A stretch of 64,000 bases of DNA, taken from assembly GCA_946534785.1 (NCBI GenBank), contig CAMNCY010000001.1, positions 9,456-73,455 of the forward strand. The letters run 5' to 3'. Positions 52,600 through 61,018 of the stretch are shown in pieces (the stretch's first letter is position 1; every line of letters starts with the position of its first letter). The notes under the pieces were generated by a model. That model had not been told where the DNA came from and made no database searches. It worked only from the letters and a program-made list of their open reading frames with translations. This DNA comes from an uncultured Lachnospiraceae bacterium. GTDB taxonomy: Bacteria > Bacillota > Clostridia > Lachnospirales > Lachnospiraceae. Both the position numbers and the translations under genes were made by a program.

Positions 52600-53424
52600 A
52601 TGAACAGAAAGCTGGTGTTTCTGGATATTGACGGGACGCTGACCGTGCCGGGGACAAATGTCCCGCCGGAGAGTGCGGTGCAGGCGGTCAGGCAGGCGCA
52701 GGCAAACGGGCACAAGGTATATCTGTGCAGCGGGCGGAACTGGAACATGCTCTCGCCCCTTCTGGTTTACGGCTTTGACGGAGTCGTAGCCAGTTCCGGG
52801 GGTTATGTGGTGGTCGGGGATGAGGTCATCTATGATGATCCGATGAGTGATGAGCAAAGGGACGCTGCCCTGGCAGTCCTGCATAAAAACGGCGTCTTCT
52901 GTACGATCGAGGCGAGCACCGGCGCCTGGGGCGACTCCAATCTGGAGGAATTCCTGAAAGGACAGCCGGAAGGAAACAGTGAGATCGAAAGGTGGCGCAA
53001 GGCACTGGCCGGCAGTCTGGGGATCCGTCCCATGGAGGAATATGACGGCAGCCCGGTTCATAAGATCGTGATCATGTGCCCGAAGGCCGAACAGCTCGAT
53101 GAAGCCAGAGAACTCCTGGAAAAGGACTTCAGTTTTGCGATCCAGGACATACCCGAGCACGGCTGTGTAAACGGTGAGATCATCAGCCGCAGCTTTGACA
53201 AGGGAAAAGGTGTGCTTGCCATCTGCGAAAAGGAAGGGATCCCGGTAGAGGATACGATCGGGTTCGGGGACAGCATGAATGATCTGGAAATGATCCGGAC
53301 CGTAGGCATCGGCGTCTGCATGGCAAACGGATCGGAAACCCTGAAGGGATACAGTGACAGGATCTGTCCCGCAGTGGAAGAGGACGGCCTGTGGCAGGGA
53401 TTTAAAGACCTCGGACTGATCTGA
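52600..53424 (+). CDS. Cof-type HAD-IIB phosphatase
   Basis: FLDIDGTL, CSGR, DKGKG, FGDSMNDLEM. Confidence 0.92.
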   Translation: MNRKLVFLDIDGTLTVPGTNVPPESAVQAVRQAQANGHKVYLCSGRNWNMLSPLLVYGFDGVVASSGGYVVVGDEVIYDDPMSDEQRDAALAVLHKNGVFCTIEASTGAWGDSNLEEFLKGQPEGNSEIERWRKALAGSLGIRPMEEYDGSPVHKIVIMCPKAEQLDEARELLEKDFSFAIQDIPEHGCVNGEIISRSFDKGKGVLAICEKEGIPVEDTIGFGDSMNDLEMIRTVGIGVCMANGSETLKGYSDRICPAVEEDGLWQGFKDLGLI

Positions 53425-53527
53425 AACAGTCACGTTTTCGGTATTCTGCCTACAACAGATCCCGATACGGGGATCAAGTCTGTCATTATGCACAAAAACA
53501 AAACGGAAACATTGCTGGTTCAGTCAA

Positions 53528-53575
53528 TTTACAAATAATATGCACGCTCCTAGAATAGATTTGAAAACGATTTCG
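53528..53575 (+). promoter_or_regulatory. sigma-A promoter and LacI/cre-like operator of PTS gene
   Basis: TTTACA-17 nt-TAGAAT(53551-56); TGAAAACGATTTCG at 53562-75 over the predicted +1. Confidence 0.7.
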
Positions 53576-53605
53576 CTGTTTCATATGGGGGGATAAGGAG
53601 GAGTT

Positions 53606-55456
53606 ATGGCACTGGATTATCGTAAATGTGCGGAAGAGATCGTCAGCCATATCGGCGGAGCCGAAAACGTGGCTACGGCGGCTCACTGCGCAACAAGACT
53701 GCGTCTTGTCATTGCCGACAACGGCAAGGTGGACAAGAAAGCACTGGAGAATGTGGAAGGCGTAAAGGGCATGTTCGAGTCCAACGGTCAGCTGCAGCTG
53801 ATCATCGGAACGGGAACCGTCAACAAGGTGTATGACGAATTCCTGGCGGTAACGGGCCTTTCCGCAGCTTCCAAGGATGATGCCAAGAAGGCAGCGGCGG
53901 CGCAGATGCCTCTCTGGAAAAGGCTTCTGAAGACGCCAGGCGACGTATTCGTACCGATCCTTCCCGCGATCGTGGCATCCGGCCTTATGATGGGCCTTGT
54001 CGAAGCGCTGGGCAAAGCGATCCCGGGCTTCGGAGAAACAGACTGGTATAACTGGCTGGATATGGTTGCCAATACGGCGTTTGCATATCTGCCTGTCATC
54101 GTTGCGATCAGCTCTGCCCGCGTATTCGGCGGCAATATTTTTCTGGGGGCGGTCGTGGGTCTTATGATGATCCACTCCAACCTGATCAATGCATGGGCTG
54201 TAGGTACGGCGGAGAGCATTCCCACCTGGCAGCTTCTGTTCTTCAATGTAAAGAGAGTCGGTTACCAGGGTCACGTCATACCGGTCATTATCGCGGTCTG
54301 GCTGATGTGTATGATAGAAAAATGGCTGCATAAACATGTTCCGGAGATGCTGGACCTGTTCGTAACGCCTCTTACCACCGTACTGATCACGGCATTCGTA
54401 ACCTTCACGATCATCGGTCCCATCTTCTCCACCTTTGAGACCTATGTACTGGCCGGAGCAAAGCTTCTGATCACGGTAGGCTTCGGTATAGGCTCCATGA
54501 TCATGGGCGCGATCTATCCCATCACGGTCGTCATGGGCCTGCATCATATGTATAATGTCATCGAGGCCGGCATGATCGCCGAGACCGGCAAGAATATCTG
54601 GATGCCCATCGCATCCGCCGCAAACTTTGCACAGTTCGGCGCCTGCCTTGCGGTAGCCGTTAAATCCAGAAGCAACCGCACAAAGGCTGTTGCACTTCCG
54701 TCTTCGCTTTCCGCATCCCTCGGTATTACAGAACCTGCGATCTTCGGTGTCAACTTCCGCTTCATGAAGCCGTTCGTATTCGGTATGATCGGCGGCGCTG
54801 CCGGCGCATGGTTCGGCGCCATCTCCAAGATCGGCGCTACCACATACGGCGTGACCGGTATCCCCGGACTTCTTGCGATCGACAATATACCTGTTTACGT
54901 GATCATGCTGGCGATCGCGGCAGGCGTTGCTTTTGCACTGACCTTCGTACTGTGGAAGGAAGAGACAGATGACGCTCCTGCAGCTGCTCCCGCACCTGCA
55001 GAAGAGGAGATGCCTGATATTGTGAACACTTCCGTTATCCGCTGCTCTGCAGGTGAGATCGGACAGCCTGTAGCAGGCAAGGTCATCCCTTACGATGAGA
55101 TCCCGGATCCCACCTTCGCATCCGGTGCGCTGGGCGTCGGCATCGGCGTCGAGCCGGACGAGGAGACCGTTTACGCGCCTATGGACGGCACGATCTCTTC
55201 CGTTGCCGAGTCCAAACACGCTATCGGTATTTCCGGAGCCGGTGATATGGAACTTCTGATCCATGTCGGTGTTGATACCGTTGAGATGAACGGCGACGGG
55301 TTCAGACCGCTGGTATCGGAAGGCGATACCGTTAAGAAGGGCCAGAAGATCCTTACCTTCTCAAAGGCAAAGATCAAGGCTGCAGGACATCCCGACACGG
55401 TCGTCGTGCTCCTGACCAACAGCGATGATTATGAGGATACGACATACGGTATCTGA
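53606..55456 (+). CDS. scrA: PTS EIIBCA, sucrose (ScrA)-like
   Basis: EIIB AAHCATRLRL, EIIC GYQGHV / GLHH / LGITEPAIFGVN, EIIA HAIG..LIHVGVDTV. Confidence 0.8.
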   Translation: MALDYRKCAEEIVSHIGGAENVATAAHCATRLRLVIADNGKVDKKALENVEGVKGMFESNGQLQLIIGTGTVNKVYDEFLAVTGLSAASKDDAKKAAAAQMPLWKRLLKTPGDVFVPILPAIVASGLMMGLVEALGKAIPGFGETDWYNWLDMVANTAFAYLPVIVAISSARVFGGNIFLGAVVGLMMIHSNLINAWAVGTAESIPTWQLLFFNVKRVGYQGHVIPVIIAVWLMCMIEKWLHKHVPEMLDLFVTPLTTVLITAFVTFTIIGPIFSTFETYVLAGAKLLITVGFGIGSMIMGAIYPITVVMGLHHMYNVIEAGMIAETGKNIWMPIASAANFAQFGACLAVAVKSRSNRTKAVALPSSLSASLGITEPAIFGVNFRFMKPFVFGMIGGAAGAWFGAISKIGATTYGVTGIPGLLAIDNIPVYVIMLAIAAGVAFALTFVLWKEETDDAPAAAPAPAEEEMPDIVNTSVIRCSAGEIGQPVAGKVIPYDEIPDPTFASGALGVGIGVEPDEETVYAPMDGTISSVAESKHAIGISGAGDMELLIHVGVDTVEMNGDGFRPLVSEGDTVKKGQKILTFSKAKIKAAGHPDTVVVLLTNSDDYEDTTYGI

Positions 55457-55477
55457 AAGTGCAAATACCACAGGGTA

Positions 55478-55486
55478 TGATATAAT
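55478..55486 (+). promoter_or_regulatory. Extended -10 promoter of ptsH-ptsI
   Basis: TG-A-TATAAT. Confidence 0.6.
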
Positions 55487-55554
55487 AGTAATCACTCTGA
55501 ATCAGAGTCTTTACGATGTGAGTACAAAGCGCTGAGCGCAGAAAGAGGCTTATC

Positions 55555-55815
55555 ATGAAAGAGTTTAAGTTTACGGTAACTGATCCCGTTGGTATCCACG
55601 CACGTCCCGCAGGACTTCTTGTAAAGGAAGTCAAGGCACACGCAAGTGCGATCACTATCGCTACAGAAGCAGGCAAGTCCGCAGATGCGAAGAAGCTCCT
55701 GGCACTTATGGGCCTTGGCATCAAGCAGGGTGATACCGTTACTGTTACTGTAGACGGCGCTGACGAAGAGGAAGCAGCTGCTGCGATCGAGAAGTTCATG
55801 AAGGACAATCTCTGA
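55555..55815 (+). CDS. ptsH: HPr phosphocarrier (His15 present, Ser46 absent)
   Basis: DPVGIHARPA; ADAKKLLALMGLG; directly upstream of ptsI. Confidence 0.92.
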   Translation: MKEFKFTVTDPVGIHARPAGLLVKEVKAHASAITIATEAGKSADAKKLLALMGLGIKQGDTVTVTVDGADEEEAAAAIEKFMKDNL

Positions 55816-55849
55816 TCCGATAGCAGATCCTTTTGGGTAATGAATGTCT

Positions 55850-55886
55850 GCGCATCGGATCCTGCGGGTTCCGATGCGCTTTCTTT
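55850..55886 (+). terminator. Hairpin between ptsH and ptsI (leaky terminator)
   Basis: GCGCATCGGA/TCCGATGCGC followed by TTTCTTT. Confidence 0.65.
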
Positions 55887-55900
55887 GTGGGAGGTTATAT

Positions 55901-57529
55901 ATGCAGGTTGCAACGGGGATTAGCATACTGAACGGAATCGGGATCGGAAAGATCCGTATCTATAAGACACCTGAGTACAAGATCAATGAGAGCCTGGTAG
56001 AAGACGCCATTCCGGAACTGACAAGGTTTGAAAACGCCCGCCTGAAGGTGCAGGCACAGCAGCAGGTCCTGTATGAGAAGGCTGTTGTGGAAGCCGGCGA
56101 AGACAGCGCGGCGATCTTCCAGTTCCACGCGGACATGCTGGATGATGACGATCTTCTGGATGCAGTCAAGACGATCATCGTAGACCAGAAGCATACGGCA
56201 GATTATGCGGCAAAACACGGCTTTGACAATGTGGCCACGATGTTCAGCGAAATGGATGATCCGTATTTCCAGGCAAGAAGCGCGGACGTGATCGACGTAG
56301 GAAACGCTGTCGTCGAAGCACTCCTGGGAATCGACACCAGTTCCCTCCAGGGAACAGAACCTTCCATCCTGGTAGCGGAAGACCTGGCTCCCTCGGAGAC
56401 GGTCAAGCTGGACAAGTCGCTGATGCTGGGCATGATCACAAGGGAAGGCAGCTCCAACAGCCATACCGCCATCCTGGCCCGCAGCATGAACCTGCCGGCA
56501 CTGATCCAGTGCAAGGATATTGCCGATGACTGGGACGGCAAGATGGCTATACTGGATGGTTATAATTCCTGTGTTTACATCGATCCTACCCCTGATCTTC
56601 TGGAATCCCTCACCGCAAAGCGAAATGAGGACCTGAAGAAGGAAGCGCTCCTTCAGGAGCTCAAGGGCAAGACCAATACCACGATCGACGGAAAGACGAT
56701 CCATGTTTATGCCAACATCGGCGGTCCCGCCGATATCGGATCCGTACAGCAGAACGATGCGGAAGGCGTCGGCCTGTTCCGTTCAGAATTCGTATATCTC
56801 AACAGTAAGGAAGACCCTTCCGAAGAGCAGCAGTTCCAGGCATACAAGCGCGTTCTGGAAACACTGGCGCCCAAGCTGATCATCATCCGTACCTGCGATA
56901 TCGGCGCGGACAAGACGATCGATTATATGAACCTGGACAAGGAAGAGAACCCGGCGCTGGGCTTCCGTGCCGTACGTATCTGCCTTACAAGGAAAGACTT
57001 CTTCAAGAGACAGTTAAGGGCTCTTCTGCGTGCATCCGCTTACGGAAATCTCGGCATCATGTTCCCGATGATCATCAGCAAGTGGGAAGTGCGTGAGTGC
57101 AAGGAGATCCTCGCAGAGTGCAGAAGAGAACTGGAGAATGAGGGGGTAAAGGTCAGCGACAATATCCAGATCGGTATCATGGTGGAGACTCCGGCAGCAG
57201 TCCTTTGCGCGGACGAACTGGCGGAAGAAGTGGACTTCTTCTCACTCGGAACCAATGACCTGACACAGTACACCTGCGCGATCGACCGCCAGAATGCGAA
57301 GCTGGAGAGATTTGCAGATACACATCATCCGGCCGTCCTTAAGGCAATCCAGATGACGATCGATGCAGGACACCGTCACAATACATGGGTCGGCATCTGC
57401 GGCGAGCTCGGCGCAGACCTGTCGCTTACGGAGACCTTCCTCAGAATGGGCGTGGATGAACTTTCCGTAAATGCCAAGAGCGTACTTCCGCTCAGAAAGC
57501 AGATCAGGAGCATCGACCTGAGCAAATAA
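55901..57529 (+). CDS. ptsI: PTS enzyme I
   Basis: SHTAILARS phospho-His, GVGLFRSE, EENPALGFRA, SLGTNDLTQY, GICGE. Confidence 0.96.
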   Translation: MQVATGISILNGIGIGKIRIYKTPEYKINESLVEDAIPELTRFENARLKVQAQQQVLYEKAVVEAGEDSAAIFQFHADMLDDDDLLDAVKTIIVDQKHTADYAAKHGFDNVATMFSEMDDPYFQARSADVIDVGNAVVEALLGIDTSSLQGTEPSILVAEDLAPSETVKLDKSLMLGMITREGSSNSHTAILARSMNLPALIQCKDIADDWDGKMAILDGYNSCVYIDPTPDLLESLTAKRNEDLKKEALLQELKGKTNTTIDGKTIHVYANIGGPADIGSVQQNDAEGVGLFRSEFVYLNSKEDPSEEQQFQAYKRVLETLAPKLIIIRTCDIGADKTIDYMNLDKEENPALGFRAVRICLTRKDFFKRQLRALLRASAYGNLGIMFPMIISKWEVRECKEILAECRRELENEGVKVSDNIQIGIMVETPAAVLCADELAEEVDFFSLGTNDLTQYTCAIDRQNAKLERFADTHHPAVLKAIQMTIDAGHRHNTWVGICGELGADLSLTETFLRMGVDELSVNAKSVLPLRKQIRSIDLSK

Positions 57530-57573
57530 GAGATCCGGCACAGTCAAAGGGACTGTACGCTGAAACAAGAATA

Positions 57574-57612
57574 AAAAACGTGCAGGAAGGAATGCCCTTC
57601 CTGCACGTTTTT
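57574..57612. terminator. Bidirectional terminator between convergent ptsI and murG
   Basis: AAAAACGTGCAGGAAGG/CCTTCCTGCACGTTTTT perfect 17-bp inverted repeat. Confidence 0.88.
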
Positions 57613-57629
57613 CATTATGCAGATCATCA

Positions 57630-58688
57630 TTATTTTGCCAGTTCGTTGATCATGTTCATAATGATCGGAACCGAATTGATCTGGGAACTCTTTGCCATTA
57701 CATCAATGTAATGCTGCCGGTTCTCATACAACTCATGGACCTTGTCCAGGATCACGTCCGGCAGGTCGTCATCATCGACGCAGATGCTGTAGCCCTGTGC
57801 CTTGAAGGAAGCGGCGTTGAGCTTCTGGTCACCGCGCCCTGTGGGGAGCGGAACGAGGATGTGGGGCTTTTTCAGGGCGAGCAGCTCGCAGATCGCGTTG
57901 GCGCCGGCCCGGGAGATCACGATATCCGCCATGGCGTACAGGTGGTTCAGGTTGTTCTTTACATACTCGAACTGCTTGTAGCCCGGGATCGTGAGCATCA
58001 GGTTGTCCATCTTGTCCTTGCCGCAGATGTGCACCACGTTGAAGTCCTTCAGGAGCCCGTCCAGTGCGCCGCGGACGGAACGGTTGACGGAGGCGGCGCC
58101 GAGGCTTCCGCCGATGACCATCAGCACGGGCTTGTCATCGGTAAAGCCGCAGAGCTTTTTCCCGGTCTCCTTATCGCCCTTGAACAGTTCCTCCCGGATG
58201 GGGGTCCCCGTCAGCACTGCCTTGCTTTCCGGCAGCTCCTTCATGGTCTCGGGGAAGTTGCAGCAGATCTTTTCCGCAAAGGGCGTGCACAGCTTGTTGG
58301 CAAGTCCGGGCGTAAGATCCGATTCGTGACAGATGCAAGGGATCCTCATCAGGGATGCCGCATGCACGACCGGGACGCTGACGTAGCCGCCCTTGGAAAA
58401 AATAATATTCGGCCTGTATTCCTTCAGGAATTTGTGGGCCTCGTGGAAGCCCTGCATGACACGGAAGGGATCCGTGAAATTCTGCGGGTCAAAATAGCGG
58501 CGCAGCTTGCCGGTCTTGATGGCGGTATACGGAATGCCGAAATCCTCGATGAGTTTCTGCTCGATCCCGCCGATGGAACCGATGTAGGCGATCTCATAGC
58601 CTTCCTTGCGAAGGTACGGGATGAGCGCCAGGTTTGGTGTGACATGACCGGCAGTACCGCCGCCGGTCAGAACGATTTTCTTTCCCAT
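57630..58688 (-). CDS. murG: UDP-GlcNAc:lipid I N-acetylglucosaminyltransferase
   Basis: TGGGTAGHV, KGGYVS, HESD, GGSLGA, SRAGA, DQ..NA. Confidence 0.95.
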   Translation of the reverse strand: MGKKIVLTGGGTAGHVTPNLALIPYLRKEGYEIAYIGSIGGIEQKLIEDFGIPYTAIKTGKLRRYFDPQNFTDPFRVMQGFHEAHKFLKEYRPNIIFSKGGYVSVPVVHAASLMRIPCICHESDLTPGLANKLCTPFAEKICCNFPETMKELPESKAVLTGTPIREELFKGDKETGKKLCGFTDDKPVLMVIGGSLGAASVNRSVRGALDGLLKDFNVVHICGKDKMDNLMLTIPGYKQFEYVKNNLNHLYAMADIVISRAGANAICELLALKKPHILVPLPTGRGDQKLNAASFKAQGYSICVDDDDLPDVILDKVHELYENRQHYIDVMAKSSQINSVPIIMNMINELAK

Positions 58689-58711
58689 GAACATCTCCTT
58701 CGGCAGACACG

Positions 58712-58963
58712 TCAGTCAGCCTGTGAAATGGCTGCCTTCAGAGCAAGCGCGAGCTGGTCCGGGCAGGATGTGTTCCGGAATCCGCAGATGGTCCCCTGCA
58801 GCTTTTCAATAACATCTTCCGCTTTCATTCCTTTTACAAGAGAGCTGATCCCCTTGAGGTTCCCGTTGCACCCTCCCGTAAAAGCAACACTGCGGATGAT
58901 GTGATCGGCATCGATGTCCACCTCGATCTTCGAGGAGCAGGTGCCGTGTGTCCTATAGATCAT
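58712..58963 (-). CDS. Small TSCPD-domain protein (TIGR03905-like)
   Basis: GTCS, FTGGCNGNL, CGFRNTSCPDQL. Confidence 0.88.
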   Translation of the reverse strand: MIYRTHGTCSSKIEVDIDADHIIRSVAFTGGCNGNLKGISSLVKGMKAEDVIEKLQGTICGFRNTSCPDQLALALKAAISQAD

Positions 58964-58998
58964 GATATGTTTCCTTTCCAGTCTGAACTGCGCGGCCT

Positions 58999-60198
58999 TC
59001 AGGCATTCGCAACGGCCTTTGCGAATGCGTCAAGACGCTCTTCATCCGCCGCGTGCAGGGCACTGCGGAAGGAGAAGGTGTCGGGAAGGACAGTGATGTT
59101 CTTGAACTCCTCGAACTTCGCGCGCATGAGCTTGCCGGATGCCGGTGCCCAGGAGCCGTTCTCTGCCAGAGCCACAGTCCGGTTCGCAGCGCCCAGGGCT
59201 GCCATGTCCTCAATGAATTCTTTGACGGGAGGATAGATCCCGTTGTTGTAGGTGGGGCAGAAAATGACGATCTTCGCGCAGCGCCATACTTCCGAGATCA
59301 GGAAGGAAACGTCGGTTTTGCTGGCGTCATAGACGACTGCCTTTTTGCCGCCTGCTTCCCGGACCTTAACGGCGAATCTCTCCGCAGCGCTTGCGGTATG
59401 TCCGTACAGGCTTCCGTATACCACCAGGATATCGTCTGTCTCGGGCGTATAGGTGCTCCACTTCTGGTATTTGTCGATGAACCATGCGATATTGGTGCGC
59501 CATACGGGACCGTGCAGGGGAAGGATGAGGGCGATGTCAAGGCCTGCCGCCTTCTTCAGGACCGCCTGTACCTGCGGGCCGTACTTGCCCACGATATTGG
59601 CGTAGTATCTCCTGGCTTCATCCAGAAATTCTCTTTCAAAATCATACTCGTCGGCAAAGATGCCGTCTTCCAGGGCGCCGAAGGTGCCGAAGGCATCCGC
59701 GCTGAAGAGGGCCTTTGTCGTCTCGTCATAGGCGAACAGGACTTCCGGCCAGTGGACCATGGGAGCCGCGACGAAGCGGAAGGTATGTTTTCCCGTGCAG
59801 AGAACGGAGCCTTCCTTCAGGACTTCCTTCTTCGGGAAATCCGCAAGCGAGGGGAAGAACTGCTTCAGAAAATCCAGGGCCTTTGCACTGCCCAGGAGGG
59901 TGATATCCGGATACAGGTCGGTAACGGTGCGGATCAGGGCGCAGTGGTCCGGCTCCATGTGAAGGATCACAAGGTAATCGGGCTTTCTTTCGCCCAGGGT
60001 CTCCCGGAGGTTCTCCAGATACTGGTCTGCAACGGAAACGTCGGCTGTATCGAACAGGACGACCTTTTCATCCAGGACAACGTAGCTGTTATAGGAAACT
60101 CCTTTGGGAAGCGGGAACAGGTTCTCAAATCGGGCAAGACGCCGGTCGCTTCCGCCGACCCAGACGGTATCCTCGGCGACTACATGAGTGTTGATCAT
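58999..60198 (-). CDS. fprA: Flavodiiron protein (FprA family)
   Basis: GVSYNSY, HMEPDH, HWPE, SADAFG, LHG, flavodoxin domain SLYGHT / PTYN / GSW. Confidence 0.92.
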   Translation of the reverse strand: MINTHVVAEDTVWVGGSDRRLARFENLFPLPKGVSYNSYVVLDEKVVLFDTADVSVADQYLENLRETLGERKPDYLVILHMEPDHCALIRTVTDLYPDITLLGSAKALDFLKQFFPSLADFPKKEVLKEGSVLCTGKHTFRFVAAPMVHWPEVLFAYDETTKALFSADAFGTFGALEDGIFADEYDFEREFLDEARRYYANIVGKYGPQVQAVLKKAAGLDIALILPLHGPVWRTNIAWFIDKYQKWSTYTPETDDILVVYGSLYGHTASAAERFAVKVREAGGKKAVVYDASKTDVSFLISEVWRCAKIVIFCPTYNNGIYPPVKEFIEDMAALGAANRTVALAENGSWAPASGKLMRAKFEEFKNITVLPDTFSFRSALHAADEERLDAFAKAVANA

Positions 60199-60270
60199 TT
60201 CTGTCTCCTTTCAATAGACATAAGACGGGACGATTCTCTCCCGCCATGCATTTATACTTGAGTCTGTAAC

Positions 60271-60299
60271 AGTATAGCAAATGGTGCTTTGGTATTCTA
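60271..60299 (-). promoter_or_regulatory. Promoter of fprA operon
   Basis: Minus strand TAGAAT-17 nt-TATACT with extended TG. Confidence 0.55.
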
Positions 60300-60317
60300 G
60301 TCACCCTGCTGATATTT

Positions 60318-60326
60318 TGTTATACT
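60318..60326 (+). promoter_or_regulatory. Extended -10 promoter of gmk-like-holB operon
   Basis: TG-T-TATACT. Confidence 0.5.
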
Positions 60327-60402
60327 GATATGGTCTGCAGGCATATCCGTCCGGGGTTTTTCCGGGGATCCGACAGGCAGACGGAAAGGCGCACGGTCCG
60401 GT

Positions 60403-60996
60403 ATGCATCGCATTTTCATACTGACGGGGAAAAGTTCCTCCGGCAAGGATACGATATATAAGAAGCTTCTCGGAAGCGAGGATCTTCCTCTGAAGAAGGT
60501 CGTACCGTATACGACGCGTCCCGTCCGGGCGGGAGAAAAGGACGGGGAGGCCTACCATTTCTGCAGCGAGGAAGAGTATTTTTCCTTAAAGGAAAGCGGA
60601 AAGATCATCGAAGCCAGGGCCTACGATACGGTCTTCGGTACCTGGTACTATTTTACGGCGGATGACGGACAGATCGACCTGGAGAAGGCAAGCTATCTCA
60701 TGATCGGGACGCCGCAGTCCTGTATCTCCATCCGGGATTACTTCGGGGAGGAGGCGGTTCTGCCCGTATACATCCATCTGGATGACGGGGAGCGCCTTGC
60801 ACGCGCCCTGAAGAGGGAAAGAAAGCAGGAGAAGCCAGCATACGAAGAGATGTGCCGGCGTTTTCTTGCCGACGCGGCGGATTTTTCGGAGGAAAAACTG
60901 GCAGAAGCCGGGATCCGGGACCGCTTTGAGAATACGGACCTGGAGGAATGCACCGGAAAGATCGCGGCGTTCATCCGCGAAAAGACCTCCGGCTGA
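60403..60996 (+). CDS. Guanylate kinase-like nucleotide kinase (divergent)
   Basis: GKSSSGKDT P-loop, YTTRPVRAGEKDGEAYHF. Confidence 0.85.
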   Translation: MHRIFILTGKSSSGKDTIYKKLLGSEDLPLKKVVPYTTRPVRAGEKDGEAYHFCSEEEYFSLKESGKIIEARAYDTVFGTWYYFTADDGQIDLEKASYLMIGTPQSCISIRDYFGEEAVLPVYIHLDDGERLARALKRERKQEKPAYEEMCRRFLADAADFSEEKLAEAGIRDRFENTDLEECTGKIAAFIREKTSG

Positions 60997-61018
60997 CCCG
61001 GGACCGGGATGACCGCAC

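Noticed and set aside
51550-55264. 647-aa and 592-aa minus-strand ORFs over the LacI/HAD/PTS genes
   Set aside because: Antisense shadows; no RBS or domain signatures seen.
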